Shown here piece after piece: positions 6,128 to 15,302 of a DNA stretch of 44,286 bases. The stretch lies in the IMG/VR virus record IMGVR_UViG_3300022904_000001; one strand, given 5' to 3'. Source of the DNA: a virus. The notes under the pieces were generated by a model, which was not told where the DNA came from, searched no databases, and was given only the letters and a program-made list of their open reading frames with translations. The stretch's first letter is position 1, and every line of letters begins with the position of its first letter. A program made the translations under genes and the position numbers.

Positions 6128-8946
6128 CAGGGCCTCGCTCTCATGCCCCATCGGGCGGGTAGGAATATCTGGATCGGCTCGCCGGCGTCGAGCGACTTCA
6201 CGATCCCGTTCACGCTGCGCGTGACCGTGGCCGTCTGGTCATACGGGCCGGATCCGCTCACCGAGCCCATGCTGGTCACGGTGATCAGCTCACCGGCGAT
6301 GAGCACTGAGTACGGCTCGGCCGTGGTGCTCCAATGCTCCCGGACGTCCGAGGAGGAGAAGGTCAGGGGGGTGGCCGTCGAGTTGACACCGGTTTTCAGT
6401 GTCGTATATTTCGCGCCGTAACGCCGTGCAGACAGCCCGTAGACGCCGGTGAGGTAAGGCCCGTATGGCGTCAGGTTGAAGTCGATCGTGCGCGTGATGT
6501 TGGAGATCATCTCCGTGTAGCCGCGCACGATCTCCGTCGTCACCGTCGGCCCCCCGGCGTACACCGGCAGGTTCGACAGGATGAACGGCCGGCCGAGATC
6601 CAGCCAGGCAGCATCGTCGACGGTCACCTCGGAGCGGTGCAGTTCGAGCGTGGCTACCGAGAACCGGAGTTCGTCCCACGTCCCCAGGAGCACCTCGCGC
6701 TGTGCAAGAGGGATGAGTTGTCTATCCTCGCTCGCGTTGCGCGGGATGGAGACGTCGAACAGGCCAACGCCGTCGGGATCGTCCTCCCTCGGGTTGACGT
6801 TGTTCGGGCCTTCCTCCTTGACCCATCGGCCGAAGGAGCCGTCAGCGCGCGTGATCGTCACGTCGTTGCGGATGTCCCGGTTCTCCCGCGGTCGCAGCGA
6901 GCCGGAGAAGACGTGAGCCGCGTAGTCCAGCGTGGGCCCGGAGCGGTTGAGCAGGGAGTAGTACGAACGGATCGCGAGACCGAGCTTGTCCCGCGGCGCG
7001 TGCAGGATGCCGCCGTCGATGTCCGCGCACTCCTGGAACAGGTCCATCGGGAACAGCAATCCCTGCGCCCCCATCGTCGGCGTCTGATCCTCACCGTCGA
7101 TGGAGTCCGGACCGATCCACCAGAACGGGATACCTAGCTCGGCGGCCAGCCGCATGGCGCGGTCGCGGGCGTTCTCGCCGACGTAGCCGTTCGTGCTCAT
7201 GGTGAAGTCGGCGCCGGTGAATTCGAGATCTTCGCGCGAGAGCGCGACGTGGGCGATCTGGAGGTCGCTCTTGCCGGTGAACGGCCAGGAGATCCAGGAC
7301 GAAGCGCGCCCGGACGTGCCGGCGAACGATCCCGTCATGCCGTACAGTACCGGCGCGCCGACCGCGTACCAGCCCCACTCGAAGTTGACGTTTTGGTCCA
7401 TGAGTAGCCGCATGGCGATCCACTGATTCGGCTCGGCGCCGGCCCCGAACGATGCGTTCGAGAAGAACAGCGAGGTGCCGTTACGGTCGAACAGCTCCAT
7501 GGAGTAGTTCGTGGTGGAGACGTTGAAGGTCGCCTTGTAGACGGTGCCGCCCCGGTAGTAGATGGAGAAGATCTCCCGGTTGGCCGCGGGGATGGCATCG
7601 AACTTGAAGTAGAACAGCGCGAAACTCTGCGCGCTCACCGCGCCGGTCGTGACGGCCACGCCGGACGCGTACCCGTCATCGTCGGTGAAGCCGAGCGCGC
7701 CGGCCGAGCCGGGCAGATCAGGCGCGGTGCCGAACGCCGCGGACTTCATGTAGCCGGTCTTGCCGACATAGGCACCGATCGTGGTGGCGCCCAGGTCGCT
7801 CTCCATCGGCCAGTACCCATCCATGGCATACCGGGTGAGGTTGCGATAGATCGGCGAGCGCAGCGGCTTCTGGCCGGACATCAGGCGCTCAGCCACCGAG
7901 GATGCGCTGATGTTGACTACGACGTCCGTGCCGGTCGTGTCCCACTCTGAGGGAAACTCGGGGATTTCACCATGAAACCGGTAGTCCGCGTCGGTGATCT
8001 CCGCGCTCGCCGCGAGGGCCCAGGTATTCGGCGAGGCGAGGCCGTCGGACCAGGAGGTGGTACCGGACGCCTGCGCCGTCGCGTCCATCCGTGCGACCAC
8101 CGTGCCGGCGATGCCGTTGCGCAGCTCGAACGAATAGATCCTGCCCGTGAACGGATCGGCGTTGAAGGAGGTGGCGAAGATGCCACGACCTCCGGCGTTA
8201 CCGGTCGTGCCGACTTCAAGCGGCGCGTTCGAGGCGAAGATGCTGGTGGTACCGGTGGTGCCGGTGATCGTGGAGCCGAGCTGCGTCCAGGTGCCGTTGA
8301 TCGAGGTGGACGTGTAGAAGGTGAGCGCGTACTGGCCGGCGCCGTTGTTGACGTCCAGCGTTGCGCGGAACGCCTGCCGGCCGCGGCCGGCGATGGTGGC
8401 TGTACTGCGCTGCACGATGCGGCCGCTCACTGCGCCGTTCGTGGACCAGATGAGCATCAGGTAGCCGTGCTGGTCCGTGCAGAAGGCCCATGCTCGCTGA
8501 TCCACGCTGATGACGTACTTGCCGGCCAGGACGTGGCCGAGCCGGCCGTACCAGTCGTCCGCCTCAGCGTCGATGCGGATATCGATGTCACCGGTGATAT
8601 CGAGGCTGGCCTTGTCCGCGGTCCACGCGCGGGCCCCGTCGTAGTCGCGGGTGCCCGGTGTGTTCGTATCGGTGAGCCGCAGGCTGGTCCCGGCCTGCGT
8701 GATCGAACACCGGTATGGCGTGTAGAGGCCAAGGAGGCGGTAGTACGGGGACAGCGGGTTGCGGTTGGAGTAGCGGCCGTCCAGGTTGTCCAGGTAGAAG
8801 GAGGCGACGTCAGAGGCGATGTTCGCCTGCTCCGCCGAGGAGCCGCGGGTGATCCGGACGTCGCGACCGAGGCCACGCGTGTCGGAGGTGACCGCGGTCC
8901 ATGCACCATCGATCTTGATCTCTTGCTTGATCGCCTGAAGCGCCAT
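6127..8946 (-). CDS. large minor tail / tail-tip protein (939 aa)
   Basis: Directly follows the tape measure gene (TGATG overlap). Its size and position match a fused distal-tail/tip protein. The upstream 62 codons of the ORF track overlap the tape measure gene. Confidence 0.75.
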   Translation of the reverse strand: MALQAIKQEIKIDGAWTAVTSDTRGLGRDVRITRGSSAEQANIASDVASFYLDNLDGRYSNRNPLSPYYRLLGLYTPYRCSITQAGTSLRLTDTNTPGTRDYDGARAWTADKASLDITGDIDIRIDAEADDWYGRLGHVLAGKYVISVDQRAWAFCTDQHGYLMLIWSTNGAVSGRIVQRSTATIAGRGRQAFRATLDVNNGAGQYALTFYTSTSINGTWTQLGSTITGTTGTTSIFASNAPLEVGTTGNAGGRGIFATSFNADPFTGRIYSFELRNGIAGTVVARMDATAQASGTTSWSDGLASPNTWALAASAEITDADYRFHGEIPEFPSEWDTTGTDVVVNISASSVAERLMSGQKPLRSPIYRNLTRYAMDGYWPMESDLGATTIGAYVGKTGYMKSAAFGTAPDLPGSAGALGFTDDDGYASGVAVTTGAVSAQSFALFYFKFDAIPAANREIFSIYYRGGTVYKATFNVSTTNYSMELFDRNGTSLFFSNASFGAGAEPNQWIAMRLLMDQNVNFEWGWYAVGAPVLYGMTGSFAGTSGRASSWISWPFTGKSDLQIAHVALSREDLEFTGADFTMSTNGYVGENARDRAMRLAAELGIPFWWIGPDSIDGEDQTPTMGAQGLLFPMDLFQECADIDGGILHAPRDKLGLAIRSYYSLLNRSGPTLDYAAHVFSGSLRPRENRDIRNDVTITRADGSFGRWVKEEGPNNVNPREDDPDGVGLFDVSIPRNASEDRQLIPLAQREVLLGTWDELRFSVATLELHRSEVTVDDAAWLDLGRPFILSNLPVYAGGPTVTTEIVRGYTEMISNITRTIDFNLTPYGPYLTGVYGLSARRYGAKYTTLKTGVNSTATPLTFSSSDVREHWSTTAEPYSVLIAGELITVTSMGSVSGSGPYDQTATVTRSVNGIVKSLDAGEPIQIFLPARWGMRARP

Positions 8947-10574
8947 CAGTGCGGCCGTCCCAGCGCGGCCTGAACGCTGCCGCCGAAGCGGTGATTCACG
9001 ATCTCGCGTTGCGGGTCCAGGAGCTGCTCGGCCAAGATCCGGCCGTCCAGCATGAGGCGGAACAGGAGCGGCTGCCCGCCGAGGCGATCCGCGGCGCGCT
9101 GCGCAAACCGCATGGAATCGGGATTGGACCACACGCGACCACCCGGCGCGATCTGAGCGAGTTCCGGTCCGTGCTCACCGACCCAGGTGAGCCCGTTGCG
9201 GACGCCACCGGATGCCGCGCCGGAGATGCCGCCGGCGGCGCGGCGGGAGAGGATCTTGCCCACGCCCACAGCAGCGGTCCCTACGGTCGTATAGACCTGG
9301 CGAATCCGAACCGTCACGTCCACGTCATCAATGGACTTGAGTTCGGCGTTGACCTTCTTGCTGAACTCGGCGAACTTCTGCCGGGCAGAGTGCAGCTTGC
9401 CGCCGATGCCGGGGATCCAGCCGAACGCTTCGTCAGCGCCGGCCAGGAGGAGCTGAAAGAACTTCATGAACACGGTCATCAGGCCGACGATGACCGGCCG
9501 GACCACGGAGTACATGCTGGTGAGCGCGGCGATGAGCTGACCCACGAAGCGGATGCCGTGCTGGAGCAGATTCAGGAAGTCGTTCCAGAACAGGTTGGCG
9601 TCATCGCCCTGGCTGCCGATCGTGTCGAACATATCCGTCAGCGCCTGGCCGATGCCGGGCAGCTCATCGGCCAAGGTCTCCACCAGTGGCTCGCTGGCCT
9701 TGGCGAAGCGCTCCAGCCCGGGGATCAGGTTCTGCAGAAAGCCGGTCAGGCCCTGACTGCCGAGCTTGTCCGCGGCCGGCGCCAGCGCCGCGCCGATCCG
9801 GTCGGATGCGCTGGCCGCCTGATCGGCGACGTTGTTCATACCGTCGAAGAGCTTCTGCGTGGGCAGCTCGAACCACTCGCCGTAGTCCTTACCGATGTCC
9901 TTGAAGCGCTGCTTGAGATCCTTCAGTCCCTCTTTGAGCTTCGGATCGTTCTTGATCGCCAAGGAGAATCCGGCGCCGATCGCACCGGTACCGAACGAGG
10001 TGAGCAGGACCGAGGAGATCGCAGCGCCCAACGTGGGCAGCAGCACGGTGACGAGTCCGCCGACGGTGAACGCCTTGGCGATGATGGTCAACGCGTCGCC
10101 GGAGAAGAACGAGGTGAAGCCCGCGCCGAGCGCTCCGGTGATCTTGTCCTGGATGTTCTTGCCGATCTCACCCAGACGGCCCATCAGCGACTTCTTGTCC
10201 ACGTCCACATCGACCTGCACGCGCTCACGGCCACCGAGCCCGCCACTGCGCGAGGAGGATTCCGACGATGAGCCTCCGGCGAACCGGCCGCGGGAGTCGC
10301 GTAGCCGGCCGTTGACGTCGCGGGTGAGACGCTCGGTCACGCGCTCGGAGATGCGCCGGCTCACCGAGTCGCCGATGGAGTCACCCATCCGGGCAATATC
10401 ACCGCCGGAGTTGGCCGCCTCCCGCTGCACCCCCTCACGCATCGAGCGGCTGAAGTTGGTGGAGACGTCCTCTCCCATCTCACCGCCAAGATTGCGCGCG
10501 TCCTGGCGAATCTGCGCGAAGACGGCGCGCGTGTCGTTGCGCGCCTTGACGATGATCAAGACTTCATTCGGCAT
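8946..10574 (-). CDS. tape measure protein (542 aa)
   Basis: Lies downstream of the G/GT chaperones. Helical with a Gly-rich hydrophobic core (GAGFSLAI..., GGLVTVLLPTLGAAISSVLL). Confidence 0.8.
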   Translation of the reverse strand: MPNEVLIIVKARNDTRAVFAQIRQDARNLGGEMGEDVSTNFSRSMREGVQREAANSGGDIARMGDSIGDSVSRRISERVTERLTRDVNGRLRDSRGRFAGGSSSESSSRSGGLGGRERVQVDVDVDKKSLMGRLGEIGKNIQDKITGALGAGFTSFFSGDALTIIAKAFTVGGLVTVLLPTLGAAISSVLLTSFGTGAIGAGFSLAIKNDPKLKEGLKDLKQRFKDIGKDYGEWFELPTQKLFDGMNNVADQAASASDRIGAALAPAADKLGSQGLTGFLQNLIPGLERFAKASEPLVETLADELPGIGQALTDMFDTIGSQGDDANLFWNDFLNLLQHGIRFVGQLIAALTSMYSVVRPVIVGLMTVFMKFFQLLLAGADEAFGWIPGIGGKLHSARQKFAEFSKKVNAELKSIDDVDVTVRIRQVYTTVGTAAVGVGKILSRRAAGGISGAASGGVRNGLTWVGEHGPELAQIAPGGRVWSNPDSMRFAQRAADRLGGQPLLFRLMLDGRILAEQLLDPQREIVNHRFGGSVQAALGRPH

Positions 10575-11132
10575 CGTCGGTCACCTCCTCTCCCTTACCG
10601 AGCCTGATGATCTCCAGTAGCCGCAATCCGCTGGCGTCCATGGCGAGGATCTCTTCCGGCAACTTGTTCCACCGGTCGCAGAGGGCGATCACCGTCTCCG
10701 CGTGGCTAAGTTCGATGGGCTTCTCTACGCGACTGCCATCGGCAGCAATGCCTCCGGGAACGGTTCGCCAGAGGTGGAGTCTTTTCCCAGGTCACGGTCA
10801 CCCTTGACGCTCATGATCACGTCTACCCAGGTGAGCACGAGGTCCAGCGCGACGTCCGCGTCCAGCATGAGCAAACCGTCGACGGTCGGAGGGATCTCCG
10901 TGCCGTCCTCGTCCGCCAGGTCCCACGACTCGATCCGGTCGGTGAAGACGGTGAGGAGGTCGCGCACGCGGCTGAGCACGGCGCCGCCGCCGGTGCGCGC
11001 CAATTCGGCCTCCTCGCCGACCTCCATGAGCGTGCCGAGGCTGGCCGATCGGCAACGCACGGTGGCGCCGAAGAGGTCGTGGCCCTCTTCGAACTGGAGC
11101 GTGAGGATCTTCCGCTTGACGATGAAGGCCAT
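10564..11132 (-). CDS. tail assembly chaperone, -1 frameshift (GT-like) product
   Basis: After GGGAAAA, the -1 frame stays open for 73 codons (..EKPIELSHAETVIALCDRWNKLPEEILAMDASGLRLLEIIRLGKGEEVTDDAE). It ends at TGA 10564-10566. Frame arithmetic was checked. Confidence 0.7.
10725..11132 (-). CDS. tail assembly chaperone (G-like, 135 aa)
   Basis: Internal ATG (MAFIVKRK...) of ORF 10725..11339. Acidic. Lies immediately upstream of the tape measure gene. Confidence 0.7.
   Translation of the reverse strand: MAFIVKRKILTLQFEEGHDLFGATVRCRSASLGTLMEVGEEAELARTGGGAVLSRVRDLLTVFTDRIESWDLADEDGTEIPPTVDGLLMLDADVALDLVLTWVDVIMSVKGDRDLGKDSTSGEPFPEALLPMAVA
10782..10788 (-). promoter_or_regulatory. -1 programmed ribosomal frameshift slippery heptamer G_GGA_AAA
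   Basis: Minus-strand gggaaaa is in X_XXY_YYZ phase relative to the chaperone frame (11132-10787=345). The site is analogous to lambda G/GT GGGAAAG. Confidence 0.7.
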
Positions 11133-11136
11133 GGGG

Positions 11137-11550
11137 TTACGACCAAGCAGGGACGGTGCCATCGGCCAGGGAGCCGGGGGCCGTCCAGACCAGCGAGCCG
11201 TCCTGCGCACGCGTGAGCTGATAGTCGGTGAACAGGACTTCGTTCGCGAGCGTCTGGCCGGAGATCGCGATCGACATGGTCCGCGCCACGCTCGTGCTCG
11301 GGACGGTCTTGAGGACGGCGTGGCTCTTGCCGGCTGCATCGTTGAACACGCCGTTCAGCGTGGTCGAGAAGTCTGCCAGGAGGAGGAGCCGCTCGATGGC
11401 GCTCTTGTCGATGCCGGTGACGTCCTGCACGGCGCGTGGCGTGGAGAAGTTGAAGTTGGTGACGTCGTTCTTGATGTCCTGCACGGAGCCCGAGGAGTCA
11501 TCCACGCTGAGCGTGGTCCACCCGAGGCCGGTTTCTTTGCTCATGATCAA
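11137..11550 (-). CDS. tail-tube-like protein, short paralog (137 aa)
   Basis: Aligns by eye with the N-terminal half of 12290..13021: SKETGLG / SKQSGLG, FNDAAGKSHAVLKTVPS / FNDAAGQAHPVLSALPT, TRAQDGSL / TRAEDGSL. Confidence 0.65.
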   Translation of the reverse strand: MIMSKETGLGWTTLSVDDSSGSVQDIKNDVTNFNFSTPRAVQDVTGIDKSAIERLLLLADFSTTLNGVFNDAAGKSHAVLKTVPSTSVARTMSIAISGQTLANEVLFTDYQLTRAQDGSLVWTAPGSLADGTVPAWS

Positions 11551-11742
11551 CTACCCTTCCTTCTCGGCCGCGGCCGGCTTGTCATTGAAGTGGATCTTAA
11601 GCGTCAGCGTCGACGTACCGTCGTTGGCGCGTTCAAGCGTGTAGCCGTAGACGATGGCTGGGTCTATGCCGGCCTCTACCAGATGAGCCATCACCATTGC
11701 GTCCATCTGGCTGCCGCCGAAATAGACAACCTTCTTGGTCAT
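11551..11742 (-). CDS. hypothetical protein (63 aa)
   Basis: ORF track. Good coding appearance. Lies within the tail module. Confidence 0.6.
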   Translation of the reverse strand: MTKKVVYFGGSQMDAMVMAHLVEAGIDPAIVYGYTLERANDGTSTLTLKIHFNDKPAAAEKEG

Positions 11743-11745
11743 GGC

Positions 11746-12195
11746 TTACCCCCGCGCCTGTCGATCTTTGATCATGATGAGGTGCTCGCCGAGATCATCG
11801 CGCCAGTCTTCCGCGCGCGCGTGCACGCGGCGGTCGCCGGCCGGATTCCCGCGGTAGTCACCCCCGCGGACGATGAACAGGGGCTGCCGGCCGAGCGGCG
11901 CTTGGTGCTCGGACGCGCGCCAGCAGGGTTGGCCAGGCGCGAACATGAACTCGCGCTCCGCCGAGTCGATGCCGGTCGTCTCCTTGAACCGACGCCGGTG
12001 GCTGCCGGCGATGATGTAGTCCGCCTCCGGCGATCCCCACGGCACGCGCGTGACCCAGCCGTTGAGGAAGGCGGGGCAGTTAATCTCTTCGCAGGTCGCC
12101 TTGCGCCAATGCGTGGCGAGCGGCTGCCGAACCGCGTACGTCTTGTAGGCATGAACGGGGCCCTGCGGCGCGATCGGCCGGAACGGTTCAGGCAT
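11746..12195 (-). CDS. hypothetical Cys-containing protein (149 aa)
   Basis: Internal ATG (MPEPFRPIA...) overlaps the upstream stop by 1 nt. Contains ATCEEINCPAF. Confidence 0.6.
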   Translation of the reverse strand: MPEPFRPIAPQGPVHAYKTYAVRQPLATHWRKATCEEINCPAFLNGWVTRVPWGSPEADYIIAGSHRRRFKETTGIDSAEREFMFAPGQPCWRASEHQAPLGRQPLFIVRGGDYRGNPAGDRRVHARAEDWRDDLGEHLIMIKDRQARG

Positions 12196-12290
12196 CAGCG
12201 CATCACGTCCCGGAAGTACCACGCGAGCCAGCCGAACACGCCCGCTGCCCCGATAATTCCGCCTATGACCATGCCGATCATGATCTTCAT
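12195..12290 (-). CDS. 31-aa single-pass membrane peptide
   Basis: MKIMIGMVIGGIIGAAGVFGWLAWYFRDVMR. TGATG overlaps with both neighbours. Below the ORF-track size cutoff. Confidence 0.45.
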   Translation of the reverse strand: MKIMIGMVIGGIIGAAGVFGWLAWYFRDVMR

Positions 12291-13021
12291 CAGTAGCTCA
12301 CCGCGGTCTGGTGTCGGGTGAAGGCAACCATGAACTGCGCGTTCGTGAACGTCCCCGAGGTGATCGCCCGGACGTAGCGGCGCACGGTGCCGGTGATCGC
12401 CAACCGCTGCGCGCCGCGCGTGGTCGCCGCGGTGAACGCGCCACCGGTGATGTTGGCCCACGAGGAGTTGTCGGCGGAGTCCTGCAAAGTCACCGTTACT
12501 GAGGTGCCGGTGACCGAGCGGACGTGCAGATAGGCGGAGCCGCCGAACGAGGAGGAGGCGGTGCCGTCGAAAGACGCGCCGTTGGTCGCTGCCGTGTCGG
12601 TGCGCACGCCGGCGGTGAGCTGCTCTCCCCACTCCAGCGGCAGCCCGCCCGTGGACTGCATGGAGGAGTTCATGGTGAGCGAGCCGTCTTCGGCACGCGT
12701 GGGGTCGTAGCCGATCTGGAGTGAGAGCAGGCTCGCTGCCGGCGAGCCGATCCCGGAGCCACGCAGGTAAGTGGCGATGCGGTCCGCAGTGGGCAGCGCG
12801 GAGAGCACGGGGTGCGCCTGGCCGGCTGCATCGTTGAAGTAGGAGGTGAACTCGATCGCGCCGGCCAGGATGCCGCCGGCGCGTTCCATGGCGAGCTTGT
12901 CGATCGCCGTCATGTCGACCGGTGTGTTGCCGCCGCCGATGCGGCTGAGGCTGCCGATGTCTCCGGACAGCACGTATCCGTCGATCAGGAGCTGATCACC
13001 GAGTCCGCTCTGCTTGCTCAC
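12290..13021 (-). CDS. major tail (tube) protein candidate (243 aa)
   Basis: The GTG at 13021 forms a GTGA overlap with the upstream stop. Position is after the head-tail joining genes. Long paralog of 11137..11550. Confidence 0.65.
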   Translation of the reverse strand: MSKQSGLGDQLLIDGYVLSGDIGSLSRIGGGNTPVDMTAIDKLAMERAGGILAGAIEFTSYFNDAAGQAHPVLSALPTADRIATYLRGSGIGSPAASLLSLQIGYDPTRAEDGSLTMNSSMQSTGGLPLEWGEQLTAGVRTDTAATNGASFDGTASSSFGGSAYLHVRSVTGTSVTVTLQDSADNSSWANITGGAFTAATTRGAQRLAITGTVRRYVRAITSGTFTNAQFMVAFTRHQTAVSY

Positions 13022-13482
13022 GGCGCCTGTACCCACGCATTCTCAATGATCATCGGAAGATTGATCGTCATCACCCGGTACATCGCACCTTCCTTGCCAC
13101 CGATCTGGACGTAGCCGGCTTCCGCGCTCAGGTTCTGCCCACCCTGGCCGAGGAGGTCGATCGCCATGGCGAGGCCATCCAGGGTGAAGTCCGCGGAGTA
13201 GCGCGTCATCAGATCGTCCACGGCTTCCATGATCTTCGGATCGATCATGTCTTGCGGTTCGCCGATCATGTTCGTGTAGATGCGCACGTTGAGCACGACA
13301 TACGCGGTGGTCACGGCCAGGCCGGAGTAGGACGGCGCAGGCCCGACGCTGGCCACCCAGACCGCGGCGTAGATGTCGGTGCCGGGTGGCGACTTCGGCT
13401 CGTGCTGGTTGACGAAGCTGAAGCGCCCGCTGGCCATGGCGTGACTGGCCACGGACTCGACGAGATCAAGGGAATTGATCAT
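13018..13482 (-). CDS. head-tail joining / tail terminator-like protein (154 aa)
   Basis: Internal ATG (MINSLDLV...) with ATGA overlap. Called from synteny between the gp10-like gene and the tube gene. Confidence 0.5.
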   Translation of the reverse strand: MINSLDLVESVASHAMASGRFSFVNQHEPKSPPGTDIYAAVWVASVGPAPSYSGLAVTTAYVVLNVRIYTNMIGEPQDMIDPKIMEAVDDLMTRYSADFTLDGLAMAIDLLGQGGQNLSAEAGYVQIGGKEGAMYRVMTINLPMIIENAWVQAP

Positions 13483-13859
13483 CCGTTCAGCACCTTCACG
13501 ATGTCCGAGATGACCGGATCCACGATGAACGCCACCGACTTCCTGTCGTTCATGGACTGTGTGGTCTGTCGGAAGTGGAAGTAACCCTTGAAGCGGGTGC
13601 TCCGGTTGCGGCTCCCCACGCCTTCCAGCCAGGGGCCATAGATCACTCCCTGATCGGTGACCACGTGGTAATCCGCGCGAGGCTTGTCGATCACGCGCGT
13701 CCAGTAGTACGGGGTGGGGTGCCGGAAGTAGCCGTGCATCTTGATCTGAAGGCGCCAGTGCGCGGCAGCGGCGAGACGCTTCTCCAGAAGGTTGCAGCCG
13801 GAATCGACGATGTTGTCGGCGTGCGAGCTGAAGAACGGTCCTCGGACAGTAGTAGCCAT
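13479..13859 (-). CDS. HK97 gp10-like head-tail joining protein (126 aa)
   Basis: HGYFRHPTPYYWTRV...VIYGPWLEG resembles the gp10-family signature. Supported by synteny. Confidence 0.55.
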   Translation of the reverse strand: MATTVRGPFFSSHADNIVDSGCNLLEKRLAAAAHWRLQIKMHGYFRHPTPYYWTRVIDKPRADYHVVTDQGVIYGPWLEGVGSRNRSTRFKGYFHFRQTTQSMNDRKSVAFIVDPVISDIVKVLNG

Positions 13860-14893
13860 CAGATCGCCCGGCCTCGCGCCTTGCGGCCGTAAGCGGCGTA
13901 CACGCGATCGGCCAGCGCCTGCACACCGCGGCCGGCAGCCTCGCGTTGGTTGTCCGCCGAGCCGACGACGCGACCGTAGCCGCTCGAACCCTGTTCGAGC
14001 GCGGTGATGGCGTACGCCATAGTCAGTTCCTCCACGAGCGACGGCGCGCGCAATAGGTAGATCTGCGTATCTCCGGCGTGCGCTGCGGGTGTGCTGCCGA
14101 GGATGCCGCGGGTGACGGTGAGACTGCGCGGCGCCCAGACCTGCGCGCCGATCTCGTGCGCGGCGAGCACTGAGCCGTTCTGGCCGCGGGTGACGATGAG
14201 CGTGTCCCCGAGGATGTGTTCCACGAACATCGTTTCGCCATCGATGATGATCTGCTCACCGAGCTCGATGGCGTCACCGTCATTCACGGTCACTGTGCTC
14301 TGCCCTTTGTTCGCGGCCAGAGCAGCAGTCAGCGCGACGCCGGTATCCACCGAGCGCTCACCGGTGACCAGCAGGCGCTCGTCTTCGATGAGCAGGAGGC
14401 TGCCGGCGCTGGCGTACTCCGACGTGGACGCTTGCAGCGTGGTGGCGGAGTCGGTGATCGAGCCGGCGAGGTCCGGGCCGGCCTCCTGGCGCACTGGGTA
14501 GTGATAGGTGCCAGTGATCGCGATGGCCTCTTGCCAGGTCTGATCGGATTCCCAGCCGACCGATCCGGACCAGCGGACGTCCAGGCGCGTGTACGGCGGT
14601 CCCGAGGACGGGCGGAGCACGTAGTCGTCCGCGGTCATGGCTGATGCGCCAGAGGTGATCGCGTCCACCTCTGCCAATTCGTTCTCGCCGAGGAAGAGTG
14701 TGTCTGTCTCGGGGACGTCGAACAGCCGCGTTCCGGTCCACGGGTAGAAGCGCCGGTGGCAGAGAGCTTCGACGTCCCGGGAGGCTTGCAAGATCTTTTC
14801 GTCGATGCGCTTGTTCAGGCGCACGGAGTCGGCATAGCCCAACTCGCGCTGCACGGCACGACGCGTGCAGTACGGGATTTCGATCTCGGTCAT
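13859..14893 (-). CDS. head-tail connector (gp6-like N-terminal domain) with C-terminal extension (344 aa)
   Basis: Start at MTEIEIPYC. The N-terminal roughly 110 aa resemble a phage gp6-like adaptor. Supported by synteny. Confidence 0.5.
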   Translation of the reverse strand: MTEIEIPYCTRRAVQRELGYADSVRLNKRIDEKILQASRDVEALCHRRFYPWTGTRLFDVPETDTLFLGENELAEVDAITSGASAMTADDYVLRPSSGPPYTRLDVRWSGSVGWESDQTWQEAIAITGTYHYPVRQEAGPDLAGSITDSATTLQASTSEYASAGSLLLIEDERLLVTGERSVDTGVALTAALAANKGQSTVTVNDGDAIELGEQIIIDGETMFVEHILGDTLIVTRGQNGSVLAAHEIGAQVWAPRSLTVTRGILGSTPAAHAGDTQIYLLRAPSLVEELTMAYAITALEQGSSGYGRVVGSADNQREAAGRGVQALADRVYAAYGRKARGRAI

Positions 14894-14994
14894 GCTCGCG
14901 GCTGCTTTCTGCGCGGGACCTCTGGCTATGCGGTTGTTCGATCTCGGCCTGATCTTAGACCAGGACGGCCGCGGCTCTTTGCACTGATCACACA

Positions 14995-15011
14995 TCTGAT
15001 ATAGTTGAGGT
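14995..15011 (+). promoter_or_regulatory. Conserved promoter motif, leaderless (tctgaTATAGTtgaggtATG)
   Basis: -10 at 15000-15005. The ATG at 15012 lies exactly 6 nt downstream. Confidence 0.6.
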
Positions 15012-15302
15012 ATGACTCAGCCGTTGAAGCCGTGCGGCACCGATGCCGCCTACAAGCGCCACCTCAAACGCCGCGAGCGCGCCTGCACACCGTGCCGGCG
15101 AGCGCATGCGCTCGCGACAGCTCTACAGAAGGATCCGGACTGGAAGCCGAAGGAGATCCCCGCCTGCGGCACCGTCCGCGCCTACAAGCGCCATCTGCGC
15201 CACGGCGAGGTGACCGATCGAGAGTGCTGCGACGCGTGGGCCGAGGACAAGCGAGACCGGGACCGCGAGCGTCGCCGGCAGCGCCGCCTTCAGACGGTGT
15301 GA
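15012..15302 (+). CDS. tandem Cys-motif (zinc-ribbon-like) basic protein, 96 aa, antisense to the late operon
   Basis: Two repeats: CGT.AAYKRHLKRRERACTPC and CGTVRAYKRHLRHGEVTDRECC. Arg-rich tail. The 3' end overlaps 15290..16228 convergently by 13 nt. Confidence 0.65.
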   Translation: MTQPLKPCGTDAAYKRHLKRRERACTPCRRAHALATALQKDPDWKPKEIPACGTVRAYKRHLRHGEVTDRECCDAWAEDKRDRDRERRRQRRLQTV

